From: Felis catus
Lineage: Eukaryota
DNA: 64,000 nt
Direction: 5' to 3'
Assembly (NCBI RefSeq): GCF_018350175.1
Contig: NC_058368.1
Location: 209,252,001 to 209,316,000, forward strand
Positions 49,841-62,451 of this stretch are shown here, piece after piece (position 1 is the stretch's first letter; each line of letters opens with the position of its first letter). A program made the translations under genes and the position numbers. Under the pieces are notes generated by a model that saw only the letters and a program-made list of their open reading frames with translations, searched no databases and was not told the DNA's origin.

Positions 49841-51006
49841 TTTGAATAAACGTACTTTTTTAGGGTAGACTTAACCATATTTTCCCTCCTAACATACCTT
49901 GTGTGATTGAGTTTCTTTTTTATTTCTTTCTTCCGTTAGTTAATTGTACTTGTTTCATGGTGTTATCTGTAGCTTTAGTGTTTCGAGTGCCAGTTCACCA
50001 TGAGGCAGAAATAATCTTTGCCACCTAACAGGAGGTGAGAACACCTTTTATAGTTACGACAGGTGAAAGACCATCCATCATCAAATCCTGTAGGGCTGTC
50101 TTCACATCTTGAGCTGTCTTTTTATCCTTTACATTTTAGTTGCGAGGCTTATCTATGGCGATACATCTGGAATATTTTAAAGCAAATTCCTGGCATAAAT
50201 ACTTAGGTGTATACTGTATCTCTCCTATCTAGGAGAGGTAAGGACATTAGCCCCCACCCCCCAAAACTCAGAATTACCACATACTCCCCCAAATAACATT
50301 AATTCCTCAATAACATCTAATACCCTGTCATATTCCAATCTCCTCTTTTTTTTTGAATTTGAAATTCAGGTTTACAGAAAAATTACAAGAATAATGCTAA
50401 GGAATTCCTGTACTCTTACCCAGTTGAACCCTTTGTTTATATTTTGCCCATGCTTTTTTCTTTTCTTTATACTTGTGCACACACATTGTTTTTTTCTGGA
50501 CTATTTGAGAACGGATTGCATGCGTCATGCCTCTTACCACTTTTACATAAACAAGTACATTTACCAAATTCAGGAAATTTAATTACTTTTATCTATGCTA
50601 TAATCCATATTTCTAGTTCTGTCAGTTGTCACAATAATATCCTCTATAATAAATTTTCTAGTACAAGGTACAGTTCAGTTTATTTTATTTCATTTAGTTG
50701 CCTTATATTGTTTATCTTCCTTAACTTGGAGTGTTCTTGAGCCTTTGTTTCTCATGATATTGATACTTTTAAGGAATAAGAGCCCATTTATATCATATTC
50801 TTCGATATGAGTTTGTTTCCTCATGAATAGAGTTAGGTTTGAATTTTTTGGTTGGAATACTATATAAGTAATGTCATGTCTTCTTCACATTATCACAATC
50901 AGAGGAGCATAATGTGTCCCTCTTATAGGTTAAGATGTTATCCCTTTTTTCCACTCTCACTTTTTTTCTATTAACAGTTATTTTCTCCTTATTTTCCAAT
51001 TAAGTA

Positions 51007-51319
51007 CAGTTCACCTTTAAACCACATGGGTGTTAGAGGTGCCACCCCCTCCCCCCAAGCAGTTGAAAGTCTGCTGAATCCCAAAATACTGAACTAATAG
51101 TATACTGTTGACCATGCCTTACCAATAACAAAAATGACACATATTTTGTATCTTGTGTTAATTATATAATGTATTCTTAAAGCTAGAGAAAAGAAAATTG
51201 TGTTAATAAAATCATAAGGAAGAGAAAACACATTTGCAGTACTATATTAGATTTATTGAAAAAATCTGTGTATAAGTGGACCTGTATAGTTCAAACCTCT
51301 GTTGTTCAAGGGTCAGCTG
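51007..51319 (-). mobile_element. Non-autonomous Tigger2-derived MITE (Tigger2a/MER8-like)
   Basis: TA-cagttcacctttaaaccac ... gttgttcaagggtcagctg-TA; both TIRs and TA TSDs present. Confidence 0.88.
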
Positions 51320-51953
51320 TAATTTGTGGGGAAATACCTTTAGATTGTGTGTGTGTATATATGTATATATTTTATATATGTTTTGTAAAAATATATATAT
51401 TATATATTTTATATTTGAGCGAGAGAGAGAACCTTAAGGAGGCTCCACACCCAGCCTGGAACCCAACACGGGGCTCAATCCCATGACCCTGGGATCATGA
51501 CCTACCTGAAATCAAGAGTCAGACCCTCAACCGAGAGAGCCACCCAGGTGCCCCAGTACCTCTAGATTATGTAAATGTCTTGTTCCTTATCAGAATCCTC
51601 CCCCTCCCTCTGCCTGATTTAGCATCCATTGATGGTTCTTTCCTAAATTCGTTTTTACTATGATAGTTTTTTTTTTAAACGTTTATTTATTATTGAGAGA
51701 CAGAGAGAGAAAGAGCATGAGCATGGGGGGGTGGGCAGAGAGAGAGGAAGAGACACAGAATCTGAAACAGACTCCAGGCTCTGAGCTGTCAGCACAGAGC
51801 CCGATGCGGGGCTCGAACCCACAAACCTGGTGAGATCATGACCTGAGCCGGAGTCAGATGCTTAACCAAGCCATCCAGGCGCCCCTACTATGATAGTTTT
51901 AAAATAGTGGTTTTCCACATCTACCCTTGAATCAGTGTGGCCTCATTTATTCC

Positions 51954-52069
51954 TTTTTTTTTTTTTTTGAGAAACTCGTTATTTTATTTTGAATAAACAG
52001 AGGAAGGGAGGAAAGTTTTAAACTTCAAACTTTGTTCAGCATGTGTGCAGTTAGCATCCACAAAAACAC
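51954..52069 (-). pseudogene. Short retroposed 3' end of an unidentified polyadenylated transcript
   Basis: 12-bp TSD cctcatttattc (51941-51952 / 52070-52081); A15 tail on minus strand; AATAAA 14 nt before the tail; body not recognised as SINE or L1. Confidence 0.75.
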
Positions 52070-52739
52070 CCTCATTTATTCTTTTTTTTTTTTTTTTTTT
52101 TTTTGTGGGGTGGGGAGAGAGAGGCAGAGGCAGAGGGAGAAGGAGAGAGAAAATCTCAAGCAGGCTCCATGCCTAGTGCAGTCTGACTCGATCATACCAT
52201 GGTGAGATACAATCTGAGCCAATATCAAGAGTTGGATGCTTAACTGACTGAGCCACCCAGGTGCCCCATATTTTTTATTTAATAGAGTGTAACCTGTTGC
52301 TCATCTTCTTTGATGCTGAGAGTCTCAAATTGGGGGGATTTGGCCCTTCAATCTCGATCCTGTTTCTTTTGACATGTCTCTATCATATGTTTGTTTCCTT
52401 AACTTTGGAACAAAAAAATGTTCCAGGTCCATCTGTTTCCTTTTCTATCCCTGCCCTGAAATCAGCTGTTTTTTCAAGGAGTCCTGGTTTCTTTTACTGA
52501 GGAATGGTGTTTCTTTTTGGTTTAGAACCCAAAATCTGGGTGCTAGGTTTGCTCATTGCTACTGGAGTATCATTGCTCTTAGCCTCTTTTAGAGGACAGA
52601 GCTAGAAATCATGAGTTTTTATACAGATACTTCCAATTATAATCTAGCCTCTTAGGGCTTTTCTTTACCTTTCCCCTTTCCCCATTCTATAATCGTTTCC
52701 TCTTTCTTCTTCAATGAGAATGCTGGCTCCCATCAACAG

Positions 52740-52740
<1 letters not shown>

Positions 52741-52790
<50 letters not shown>
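52741..52790. repeat. (TG)25 microsatellite
   Basis: Directly visible. Confidence 0.95.
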
Positions 52791-52791
<1 letters not shown>

Positions 52792-55700
52792 CACATATGT
52801 ATGCACAAACATACACATATATGTATGCATATGTTCATTTGCTCAGCCCTACAATACACAAAAAGTAGCTTCATAATTTTTGTATTTATACCCCTAGGGA
52901 AAACAACCAAGAAGAATTTGACATTTGTTTCTTGTTCTTTTTATCTTCAGTTTGAGAGCATATCGTCAAAATATTCTGTTTAAAAGTTATTTGGGGGTGC
53001 CTGTGTGGCTCAGATGGTTAAGCCTCCGACTTCAGCTCAGGTCATGATCTTGCATTTCATGGGTCTGAGCCCCACGTCAGGCTCTGGGCTAACAGTTCAG
53101 AACCTGGATCCTGCTTTGGATTCTGTCTCCCTCTCTCTCTGCCCCTCCCCTGCTCATGCTCTGTCTCTCTCAAAAAAATTAAAAAAAAAAGTTACTTGAA
53201 TTAATCCTTTTTTTCTTCATTGGGGTTATTTTACTCATTTGAAATATAGTCAGATTTGTTTCTCTTTGTATTTTTATGTACCCCCTGCATTCTTGTTTTT
53301 ACTAATATGATTCTAGAAATCAAAACTGTACAAAAAGGTATATTAAGAAGCATCCCTCTCTTTCTAGCCTTTCCACTTTGTCACCCTCCCCCCAGTGGAA
53401 GTTAGTTATTAGCCTGTTAATTTTTGTTTTCTTTTTCTGTTTCTTTTTGCAAAATTAAATGATGCATATGTTATTTTCATCTCTTTACATATAAGGTAGT
53501 ATACTAGGTATACTCTTTTTTTTAAGTAGGCACCACACCAGTATGGGGCTTGAAGTCATGACCCCAAGATCAAGAGCTGCTTGCTCTACCAACTGAGCCA
53601 GCCAGGTGCCCCTATGTCTATTCCTTTGCACTTTACTTTTTTCAATTAGCAATATATTCTAGAAATCAGAGAGATCTTCCTTATTCTTTTTTTTTTTTTT
53701 TTTTTTTGAGAGAGAGAGGGAGAGTGCAAGCAGAGGGGGGAGGGAGAGAGAGAGAGAGAGAATGAATGAATGAATGAATGAGAGAGAATATCCCAAGCAG
53801 GGTCCATGCTCAGTGCAAAACCTGACTCGGGGCTTGAACCTACAACCCTGGGACCATGACCTGAGCCAAAATTAAGAGTTGGGTGCACAACCAACTGAGC
53901 CATTCTGGCGCCCCTAGACCTTCCTTATTCTTTTTGGCAGCTGCTGAATATCTATTTCTAACTGGTTTATTTGAATTAAAGTCCAAAATAGATCTTTGCA
54001 TATTACATTTGGTTATTATGTCTCTTAACATTACCCCATATATGCATATCTATATCTATGTAATACATGTATAAGTTTCTCCCTCTCCCCTGTAAAATTT
54101 TTTTTAATGTTTATTTATTTTTTAAGAGAGACAGCAGGGGATGGGGAGAGAGAGAAGGGGACAGAGGGTCCAGAGCAGGCTCTGTGCTGGCAGCAGAGAG
54201 CCCGATGGCGGGGCTTGAACTCATGAACTGTGAAATCATGACCTGAGCCAAAGGCAAATGCTTAACTGACCAAGCCACCCAGGTGCCCCACTCCTTCCCC
54301 CCGTTAAAATACCATTTATTTGTTGAACCAACTGCATCATTTATCCTATAGCATTTTTTACATTGTGAATTTGGTTGATTTTATTTTCCTGGTGTATTTA
54401 ATATGTTCCTTTATTTTCTTTATTTCTTGTTCATTGATGTTTAGAGTCAGACAGATTAAGGTTCAGTTTAAAATTTTTACCTTTTAAAGAATATTTCTTA
54501 GATGGTTCTGTGTACCTCCTATCTATGTAGCAACATATCAGGAGGGATATAATGTCTTTGTCTCACAGTAACTTAAAAAATTTTTTTTTTAAATTTTGAG
54601 AGAGAGAGTGCAAGCAGGGGAGAGATAGAGAGAGGGTGAGCGAGAATCCCAAGCAGGCTCCACACTGCCAGCTCAGAGCCTGACTCGGGGCTCAAAGCCA
54701 CTGAAATGCAAGACCATGACCTGAGCCAAAATCCAAGAGTCCAGTGCTTAACTGACTGAACCACCCAGGTGCCCCTGTCTCATAGTAGTTTTAAGATTTA
54801 TTAGTGAGTGTAGGCCATGTCAGTTCATCTGTTACAGAGTTCCCCATCTACTTTCACCTAATGGTTTTAGCAACCACTGATACTGTTGACTAGGCCTATT
54901 ATTTCATTAGGAGCTACAAATGATGCTTTTCTAATAAAATCATTCCTATTGCTTTTGGTTCACTTTTTAAAATAATTTCTTTTACTTATAATTTTAGTTA
55001 TATTTAAAATTTATAAAAATAGTGTCTCAGGAAGTAGTCATTTAGATTTTTAGAGTTCTGAGTAATTGAAAACATAATGTTACAGTATAAAATATGAGGT
55101 TGGCTAGCATCTTAATAGGTCCTCTTTGCTGTACTTGGATAGTTTTTCTTTTAAAGCTTATTTTATTAAAAAGTTCAGCTACTTTCTTTTTAAAGATCTT
55201 TAATCATACCAAATCAACTATTTTGGAATTCATAAACTAAATAGAATTAGAAATATAGAATTTAATTTTTTTTTTTTGAGGGAGAAAAAGCACAAATAGG
55301 GGAGGGCAGGGCGGGGGGGGACAGAGGATATGAACCAGGCTTGTGCTGACAGCAGTGAGCCCAGTGCGGGACTTGAACTCATGCACTGGAAGGTCATAAC
55401 CTGAGTCAAAGTTGGTCACTGAACCAACTGAGCAACCCCGGTGCCCCAGGAATATAGAATTAAAAAAAAAAATTTTTTTTTTTTACATTTATTTATTTTC
55501 GAGAGAGAGCGAGCACGAGTGGGGGAGGGGCAGAGAGAGAGAGAGGGAGACACAGAATCCGGAGCAGGCTCCGGGCTCTGAGCTATCAGCACAGAGCCCG
55601 AGGCAGGGCCTGAACCCACAAACTGTGAGATCATGACCTGAGCTGAAGTCAGGTGCTCAACCGAATGAGCCACCCAAGTGCCCCAGGAATATAGAATTTT

Positions 55701-56120
55701 TTAAAAAGGAGGAAAGAATATGGTTAATGATTGAATACAGTCCAGACCGATGACCAAATTACATCATTGTTCAAGATTTCACAATTTTGAGAATTAAAAA
55801 AAATTAATTTGTAACAGAAACTTACAGGAAAATTGCATATATAGTACAAAGAACTTTTTTTCACAAACCATTTGAGAGTGACCAACTGATGTTCCCTTAC
55901 CTCTGAATATTTTAGTGTGTATTTTCTGCAAACAAGGACATTCACCTCCAAAATTGGAAGACACCACATCAAAATCAAAATTAGCATTCATACATTACAA
56001 CCATATCGTCCTCAGTTTCTCTTTCTATTTAAGTTTTGCCTGTTGCCAATATTGTCTTTTATCATGAAAAGATACTCATTGCAATTTATTTAGTTACCAG
56101 ATTTTCCACTTGGGACCAGT

Positions 56121-56190
56121 TTCTTTTTTTCCCTTTCTTTTTCTTTTTCTTTTTCTTTTTCTTTTTCTTTTTCTTTTTCTTTTTCTTTTT
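56121..56190. repeat. (TTCTTT)n tract in a SINE tail
   Basis: Directly visible. Confidence 0.9.
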
Positions 56191-57730
56191 AAATTTAGAG
56201 AGAGAGACTATGCAGTGGGGGAGAGGGTCAGAGGGAGAGAGAGAATCTTAAGTTCCATGCTCAGTGGAGCCTGATGTGGGGCTCAGTCTCATGACCCGGG
56301 ATCATGACCTTAGCCAAAATCAAGAGTCAGACCCTCAACCAGTTGAGCCACCCAGGCATCCTGGGACCAGTTTCTTGATCTTTTTCCTGACTTTCATACC
56401 CTTGAAACTTTTCAAGGTTTTTGAAAGTTTTCAGATCAGTTATTTTGTAGAATGTCCCTTAACTTGGGTTTTCCTGATATTTCCTTGTGATTAGATTCAG
56501 GTTATGTGTCTTTAGCACAGATGTCACAGAAATTTTTCTCGTTTTACCTATTAGGTGATACATGATTTCCAGTTGTCCCATTTCTGATAATTTTCATTTT
56601 GATCACTGGATTAAATGGAGTCTGCCTGGCTTTTTCATCATAAAGTTACTCTTTTTTTGTAACTAATGAGTACCTTATAGGGTATTTTTATACTTTATAA
56701 CAATGTAAATATGCCATTTTTATGAAATGTTCAATTTATTTGTTTACTTATTCATAATTCTATAGATTCATGGTTTTCTATTTTATTCTATGGATTTTAA
56801 GTCCATTGCCGTAATATGTTTTGATCCTCCAGCTGTTTTCAGTTTGGTCAGTGGGGTCCTTTTCAGTGTGACTTCTGTGTTTCTCTCTGTTTGGGCTCCA
56901 GCACACTGTGCCAGGCTGTCATGTCACACTGTGGGAACATCCTCCCAGGATTCTCCCAAGAATGGATTATGCTTTCCTCACCCTGCTTGGGCTCTGACAA
57001 ACTCTTCTTGGCTTCCACTGCAACTATCTCCATACCCAGCATGGGTACTTGCTAACGCATCTTCACTTCATGTTTTCTTGGGGCTTCATCTTTATGTGGG
57101 CTAGTTTGGACTTTCTTACAGCTCGATGGCTCAGGGTGGTTTGGTTATATGGCGATTGAAGGCTTCAAGAGTGTAATTACTCCAGGGGGTAAGGTAGAAG
57201 CTATGATTGCTTTTTATGATTGAGCCTTGGGAAATGTATAACATCACTTCCATTTTACTCTTGGTTAGAATAATTAAAATCTCACCCACTTTTAAGGGAT
57301 GAGGCATGGGGCAGAGCTCTCAATGAGAGAAGTGTCAAAGTCATAGTTGAGGAAGAGTATGTAGGATGGGAGATACTGTTGTGGCCATCTTTGGGAAATA
57401 CAACCTATGGCACTGAGAAAAGCATATCATATAGAAACTTCATTGTCAAGATCTTTTCCTAGTTTATTTTTATCTTCATAGCCCGAGAAACAACTTGTGA
57501 AAAAAGCAAATACATTTTGCTTGACTATTCAAGACATAAGATGAGATACTGAATGCATTCTTTATATCTTACCTTAAAAAGACAGTTAACTTGAGCTGAT
57601 GAAAAAAGTGATTTACCAAAACTTTGTGAACATTCTAAATTAGAATCCTTGTAAATCTTATGGGCTACTTATTATTATTATTATTTACAGCATCTTGTGA
57701 CTTTTTACCTAATTGGTCATTGCAAGAAGC

Positions 57731-57811
57731 ATGGAGATAAGATTAGAAGTTTTGACATCAACAAGTATCAAGCAGAAAAAGCCCTGGCCACGAGTCTCCT
57801 GGTTAGGACAG
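57731..57811 (+). CDS. CPLANE1: Ciliogenesis and planar polarity effector 1 (C5orf42/JBTS17), first coding exon (exon spans 57691-57811)
   Basis: Acceptor tttacag at 57690, Kozak AGCATGG, MEIRLEVLTSTSIKQKKPWPRVSWLGQ, donor CAG|gtaggt; matches recalled CPLANE1 N-terminus; NUP155-CPLANE1 adjacency is the known mammalian synteny. Confidence 0.94.
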
Positions 57812-58348
57812 GTAGGTTTTTCTTTCTTCATACAATACCAGCTATAATAATGTGTTAAATGTGTACTTTGCCTCTAAGATAGAATGTTCTATGGTCTTTA
57901 AAAAAAAAAAAAACACCATCTTTAGCAGGATCACCTCACTGAACAGAGTTTTTTGTGTTTGTGTTTTTTTTTTAATTAAAAAAAATTTTTTTTAACGTTT
58001 GTTATTGAGAGAGAGAGACAAAGTGTGAGCAAGGGAGGGGCAGAGAGAGAAGGAGACACATAATCTGAAGCAGGTTCCAGGCTCTGAGCTATCAGCACAG
58101 AGCCTGAGCGGGACTCGAACTCACAGACAGCGAGATCATGACCTGAGCTGAAGTTGGACGCTTAACCGACTGAGCCACCCAGGCGCCCATTTGTTTGTTT
58201 GTTTGTTTGTTTGTTTTTATGTTGAGCAAGTTAGCTTCTCAAGAAAGTTAAATGGTCTGTGTAGAAGAAATACTTTATTTTCAAAAAAAAAAAAATTTGT
58301 CCTGTTACATTTAAGGTTGAGATGGCAAATATCAAAAGGAATTTTTAA

Positions 58349-60279
58349 ATTTAAATATAATTAACGTGCAATGTTATATTAGGTTTAGGTGTACAACATA
58401 TCCTATAATTCCATGCATTACTCAGTGCTCATCACAATAAGTACAGTCACCATCTGTCACCAGACAACACTATTACAATATTACTGAGTATATACTCTAT
58501 GCTGTACTTTTCATATCGGTAACATACATTTTATGACTAGAAGTTTGTACTTCTTAATCCCCTTCAACTATTTTGCCCATCTCCCCACTCCTCTCCCCTC
58601 TGGCAACTACAAGTTTGTTCTCTGTATTTAAGAGTCTGTTTATTTTGTTGTTGTTCATTTTGATTTTTAGATGTAAGTGAAATCATGATATTTGTCTTTC
58701 TCTGACTGACTTATTTTACTTAGTATTATACCTTCTAGGTCCATCCATGCTATTGGAAATGGGAAGGTCTCGTTCTTTTTTTTATCACTGAGTAATATTC
58801 CATTTTATACATATCACTTCTTTTTTTTTTTAACTTGTTTTTTTAATGTTTATTTATTTTTGACAGAAAGAACGTGAGCCAGGGAGGGGCAGAGAGAGAG
58901 GGGGACAGAGGATCTGAAGCAGCCTCTGTACTGACAGCAGAGAGCCTGATAGGGGGCTCAGACTCATGAACCTTGAGATCGTGATCTCAGCTGAAGTAGA
59001 TGCCTAACCAACTGAGCCACCCAGGCGCCCCCTCTTCTTTTTTTTTTTTTAAGTTTATTTATTTATTTTGAGAGAGAGCGTGTGCACACAAAGTGGGGAA
59101 GGGGCAGAGAGAGGGAGGGAGAGAGAATCCCAAGCACGTTCTCCACTACCTGATGTGGGGCTTGAACTCATGAACTGCAAGATCATGCATGACCTGAGCT
59201 GAAATCAGATGCTTAACTCACTGAGCCACCCAGATGCCCTTATACCACCACCACCACCTCTTCTTCCTCCTCCTCCTCCTCCTCCTCCTCCTCCTCCTCC
59301 TCCTCCTCCTCCTCCTCCTCCTTCTTCTTTTAAGTTATTCATGTGTTTTGACAGAGAGAGTGAGAGAGAGAGAGCATGGGAGGGGAAGTGAGAGAGGGAG
59401 AGAGAGAATCCCAATTAGGTTCTGTGCTGTCAGTAAGGAGCCTGATGCAGGGCTCGAACTCATGAACCACGAGATCATGATCTAAGCTGCATTCAAGAGC
59501 TGGACAATTAACCAAGGAGCCACCAGGTGCCCCATACCACAACTTTATTCATTCATCTATTGATAGACACTGGCTTGCTTCCATATCTTGGCTACTATAA
59601 ATAATGCTGCAATAAACATAGAGGTGCGTATGTCTTTTTGGATTAGAGTTTTTGTTTTCCTTGGTAAATACCCAGTAGTAGAATTAGTGAATCATATGGT
59701 ATTTCTATTTTTAATTTTTTGAGGGACCTCCATACTGTTTTGCCAGAGTAGCTGCACCAATTTACATTCCTACCAACAGTGCATAAGTGTTTCTTTTTCT
59801 CTATATCCTTGCCAAATACTTGTTATTTCTGTCTTTTTTTTTTTTAATATTTTATTTGTAAGTACCAATGTGGGGCTCAAACTCACGACCTTGAGACCAA
59901 GAGTCCCATGCTCACTGACTGAGCCAGCAAGGTGCCCCTCTTGTCTTTTTGATTCTAGTCATTCTGACAGGTGTTAAGATGATATATCTCAGTGTGGTTT
60001 TGATGTACTTCCATGATAATATGATATTGAGCATCTTTTCATGTATCTATTGACCGTCTGTATATCTTCTTTAGAAAAATGTCTATTCAGGTCCTCTGCC
60101 CATTTTTAATCGGGTTATTTGGGGTTTTTTGGTGTTGAGTTGTATAATTTCTTTGTATACTTTGGATATTAACCCCTTATTGAACATATCATTTGCAAAT
60201 ATCTTCTCCCATTCAGTAGATTGCCTTTTTGTTGATGGTTTCCTCCTGTGCTGTGCAAAAAAATTTTGTTTTTTGTAAC
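58349..60279 (-). mobile_element. Carnivore L1 3' fragment interrupted by four SINEs
   Basis: Antisense L1 3' UTR/ORF2-end motifs; degenerate TSD caaaaggaatttttaa / caaagggaatatttaa. Confidence 0.85.
59245..59327. repeat. (CCA)4(CCT)n trinucleotide repeat
   Basis: About 19 perfect CCT units between two SINEs. Confidence 0.95.
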
Positions 60280-61168
60280 CAAAGGGAATATTTAATCTTC
60301 TGAATCCTTTCTTACCGGAACAGTCAGGTGGACTGTTTTCTTACCATTGTGATTTTCATGCGTATGCCCTATGCCCCTTAAAACTAGGATAAAGTTGGGC
60401 CAGGATACACCAGAAATCCAGGAATACCATTCACAATATATGGAAGAGATTCGTCACCTTAGGGAAATTTAGCAAGCCTATAAAATCCTCTTAGAATATG
60501 TAATAATTATGAAAATTTTAACAATTGGCGTTTTAGTGTTAGTGTCATTTCCTGTGAGAAATTATATCGTTAACTTCCTCTAGTCTCTTCTTTCTTTTTA
60601 AAGATGCTGTTTTTTTTTTTTTTTTTTTTAAATGTACATTTGAGAGAGAGAGTGTATGGACAAGCAGGGGAGGGGCAGAGAGAGAGCGGGAGAGAGAGAA
60701 TCCCAAGCAGGCGCCTGATGTCAGCACAGAACCCAGTAAGGGGCTCAATCTCACACACCATGATATCATGACCTGAGCCAAAATCAAGAGTTGGACGCTT
60801 AACTGACTGAGCCACCCAGGTGCCCCTAGTGTAGGTAAATAATTAAAAAGCTTGCCCATACTACTGATCAAATTGATGAAATTAAACAACACGTAACCCA
60901 ATTTTGGCTAGCAGAATTGTAAGACACTTTTATAATTAAAAAAAAAAAAATTTTAGTGTTTATTTATCTTTGAGAAAGGGAGAGAGTACGAGCAGGGGAG
61001 AGACAGGGACACAGAATCCAAAGTAGACTCTAGACTCTAAGCTGTCAGCACAGAGCCCAATGCAGGGCTCGAACCTGTGAACCATGAGATTATGACCTGA
61101 GCTGAAGTTAGACACCTAACTACTTAAACAGCTGAACCACCTAGGGGCCCCAGCACTCTTATAATTTT

Positions 61169-61819
61169 ATCTTATTTATTTTATTATTTTTTTTCTTTAA
61201 TTTTAATTTTTTTTAAATTTACATCCAAATTAATTAGCATATAGTGCAACAATGATTTCAGGAGTAGATTCCTTAGTGCCCCTTACCCATTTAGCCCATC
61301 CCCCCCTCCCACCACCCCTCCAGTAACCCTCAGTTTGTTCTCCATATTTATGAGTCTCTTCTGTTTTGTCCCCCTCCCTGTTTTTATATTCTTTTTGTTT
61401 CCCTTTCCTTATGTTCATCTGTTTTGTCTCTTATAGTCCTCATATGAGTGAAGTCATATGATACTTGTCTTTCTCTGACTAATTTCACTTAGCATAATAC
61501 CCTCCAGTTTCATCCATGTAGTTGCAAATGGCAAGATTTCATTGTTTTCGATTGCCAAGTAATCCTCCATTGTATATATATACCACATCTTTTTTATCCA
61601 TTCATTCATCAGTGGGCATTTGGGCTCTTTCCATACTTTGGCTATTGTTGATAGTGCTGTTATAAACATGGGGGTGCATGTGTCCCTTCGAAACAGCACA
61701 CCTGTATCCCTTGGATAATACCTAGTAGTGCAATTGCTGGGTCATAGGGTAGTTCTATTTTTAGTGTTTTGAGGAACCTCCATACTGTTTTCCAGAGTGG
61801 CTGCACCAGCTTGCATTCC
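61169..61819 (-). mobile_element. 5'-truncated feline/carnivore L1 3' end
   Basis: ORF2 C-terminal peptide TCTPMFITALSTIAKVWKEPKCP (61454-61699); TSD cag(c/t)actcttataatttta. Confidence 0.9.
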
Positions 61820-62082
61820 CAGTACTCTTATAATTTTAAAGGTCAAAAAGGTCTAGGTGCAGCCATTAGGTCATCTTACCTAGTGATTCTAATAAATATT
61901 TTAAGATAGAGTGAAAAATCTCCAGGATACCTAATCAACCTTACTTTCATTTTATGATTTGTGGTACAAATGTATAAACTTTCTTGAATGTCACTTTGTT
62001 TTCCTTTCTGGGATAATTTATTTAGATTAGAGGTTGAATTACCTCCTGGCACCTCTTAAGTGTCATATGTTTCTTCTCTTAG

Positions 62083-62218
62083 GAAAATGAAGCTGTTTTC
62101 CTTTTGGATCATAAATTTATAAATGAAATTAATTTGCTCTCTGGAAGAACAAAGAAGAAAATTCCTTGTCTGCAGCCTTTGTTGAAGGATGCTATTGTCC
62201 TAACAACATCCAGTAATG
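62083..62218 (+). CDS. CPLANE1: CPLANE1 coding exon 2
   Basis: tcttag|...|gttaag; ENEAVFLLDHKFINEINLLSGRTKKKIPCLQPLLKDAIVLTTSSN. Confidence 0.93.
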
Positions 62219-62331
62219 GTTAAGTAGTACTCATATTTTCAAAAGGCTAGATTAATTGTATTCATAAAAACTTGGGGTAATATTAAGGGAAATATTAGAT
62301 TATAACTATTGTATTTCCTTTTTGGAAGCAG

Positions 62332-62451
62332 ATGCCTGGCTGGCTGGGGTACTCACTACAGGGGAGCTTTTTCTTTGGAACAAAGATCAAGATTGCTTGA
62401 AAACTGTACAGGCAGCTGAAAAGCCTAAGAAAATGATTCAAGCTGCAGTAG
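62332..62451 (+). CDS. CPLANE1: CPLANE1 coding exon 3
   Basis: aagcag|...|gtggga; (D)AWLAGVLTTGELFLWNKDQDCLKTVQAAEKPKKMIQAAV. Confidence 0.93.

Noticed and set aside
57691..57730. N-terminal extension or uORF for CPLANE1
   Set aside because: In-frame TGA at 57698-57700 upstream of the ATG, and no upstream ATG in this exon
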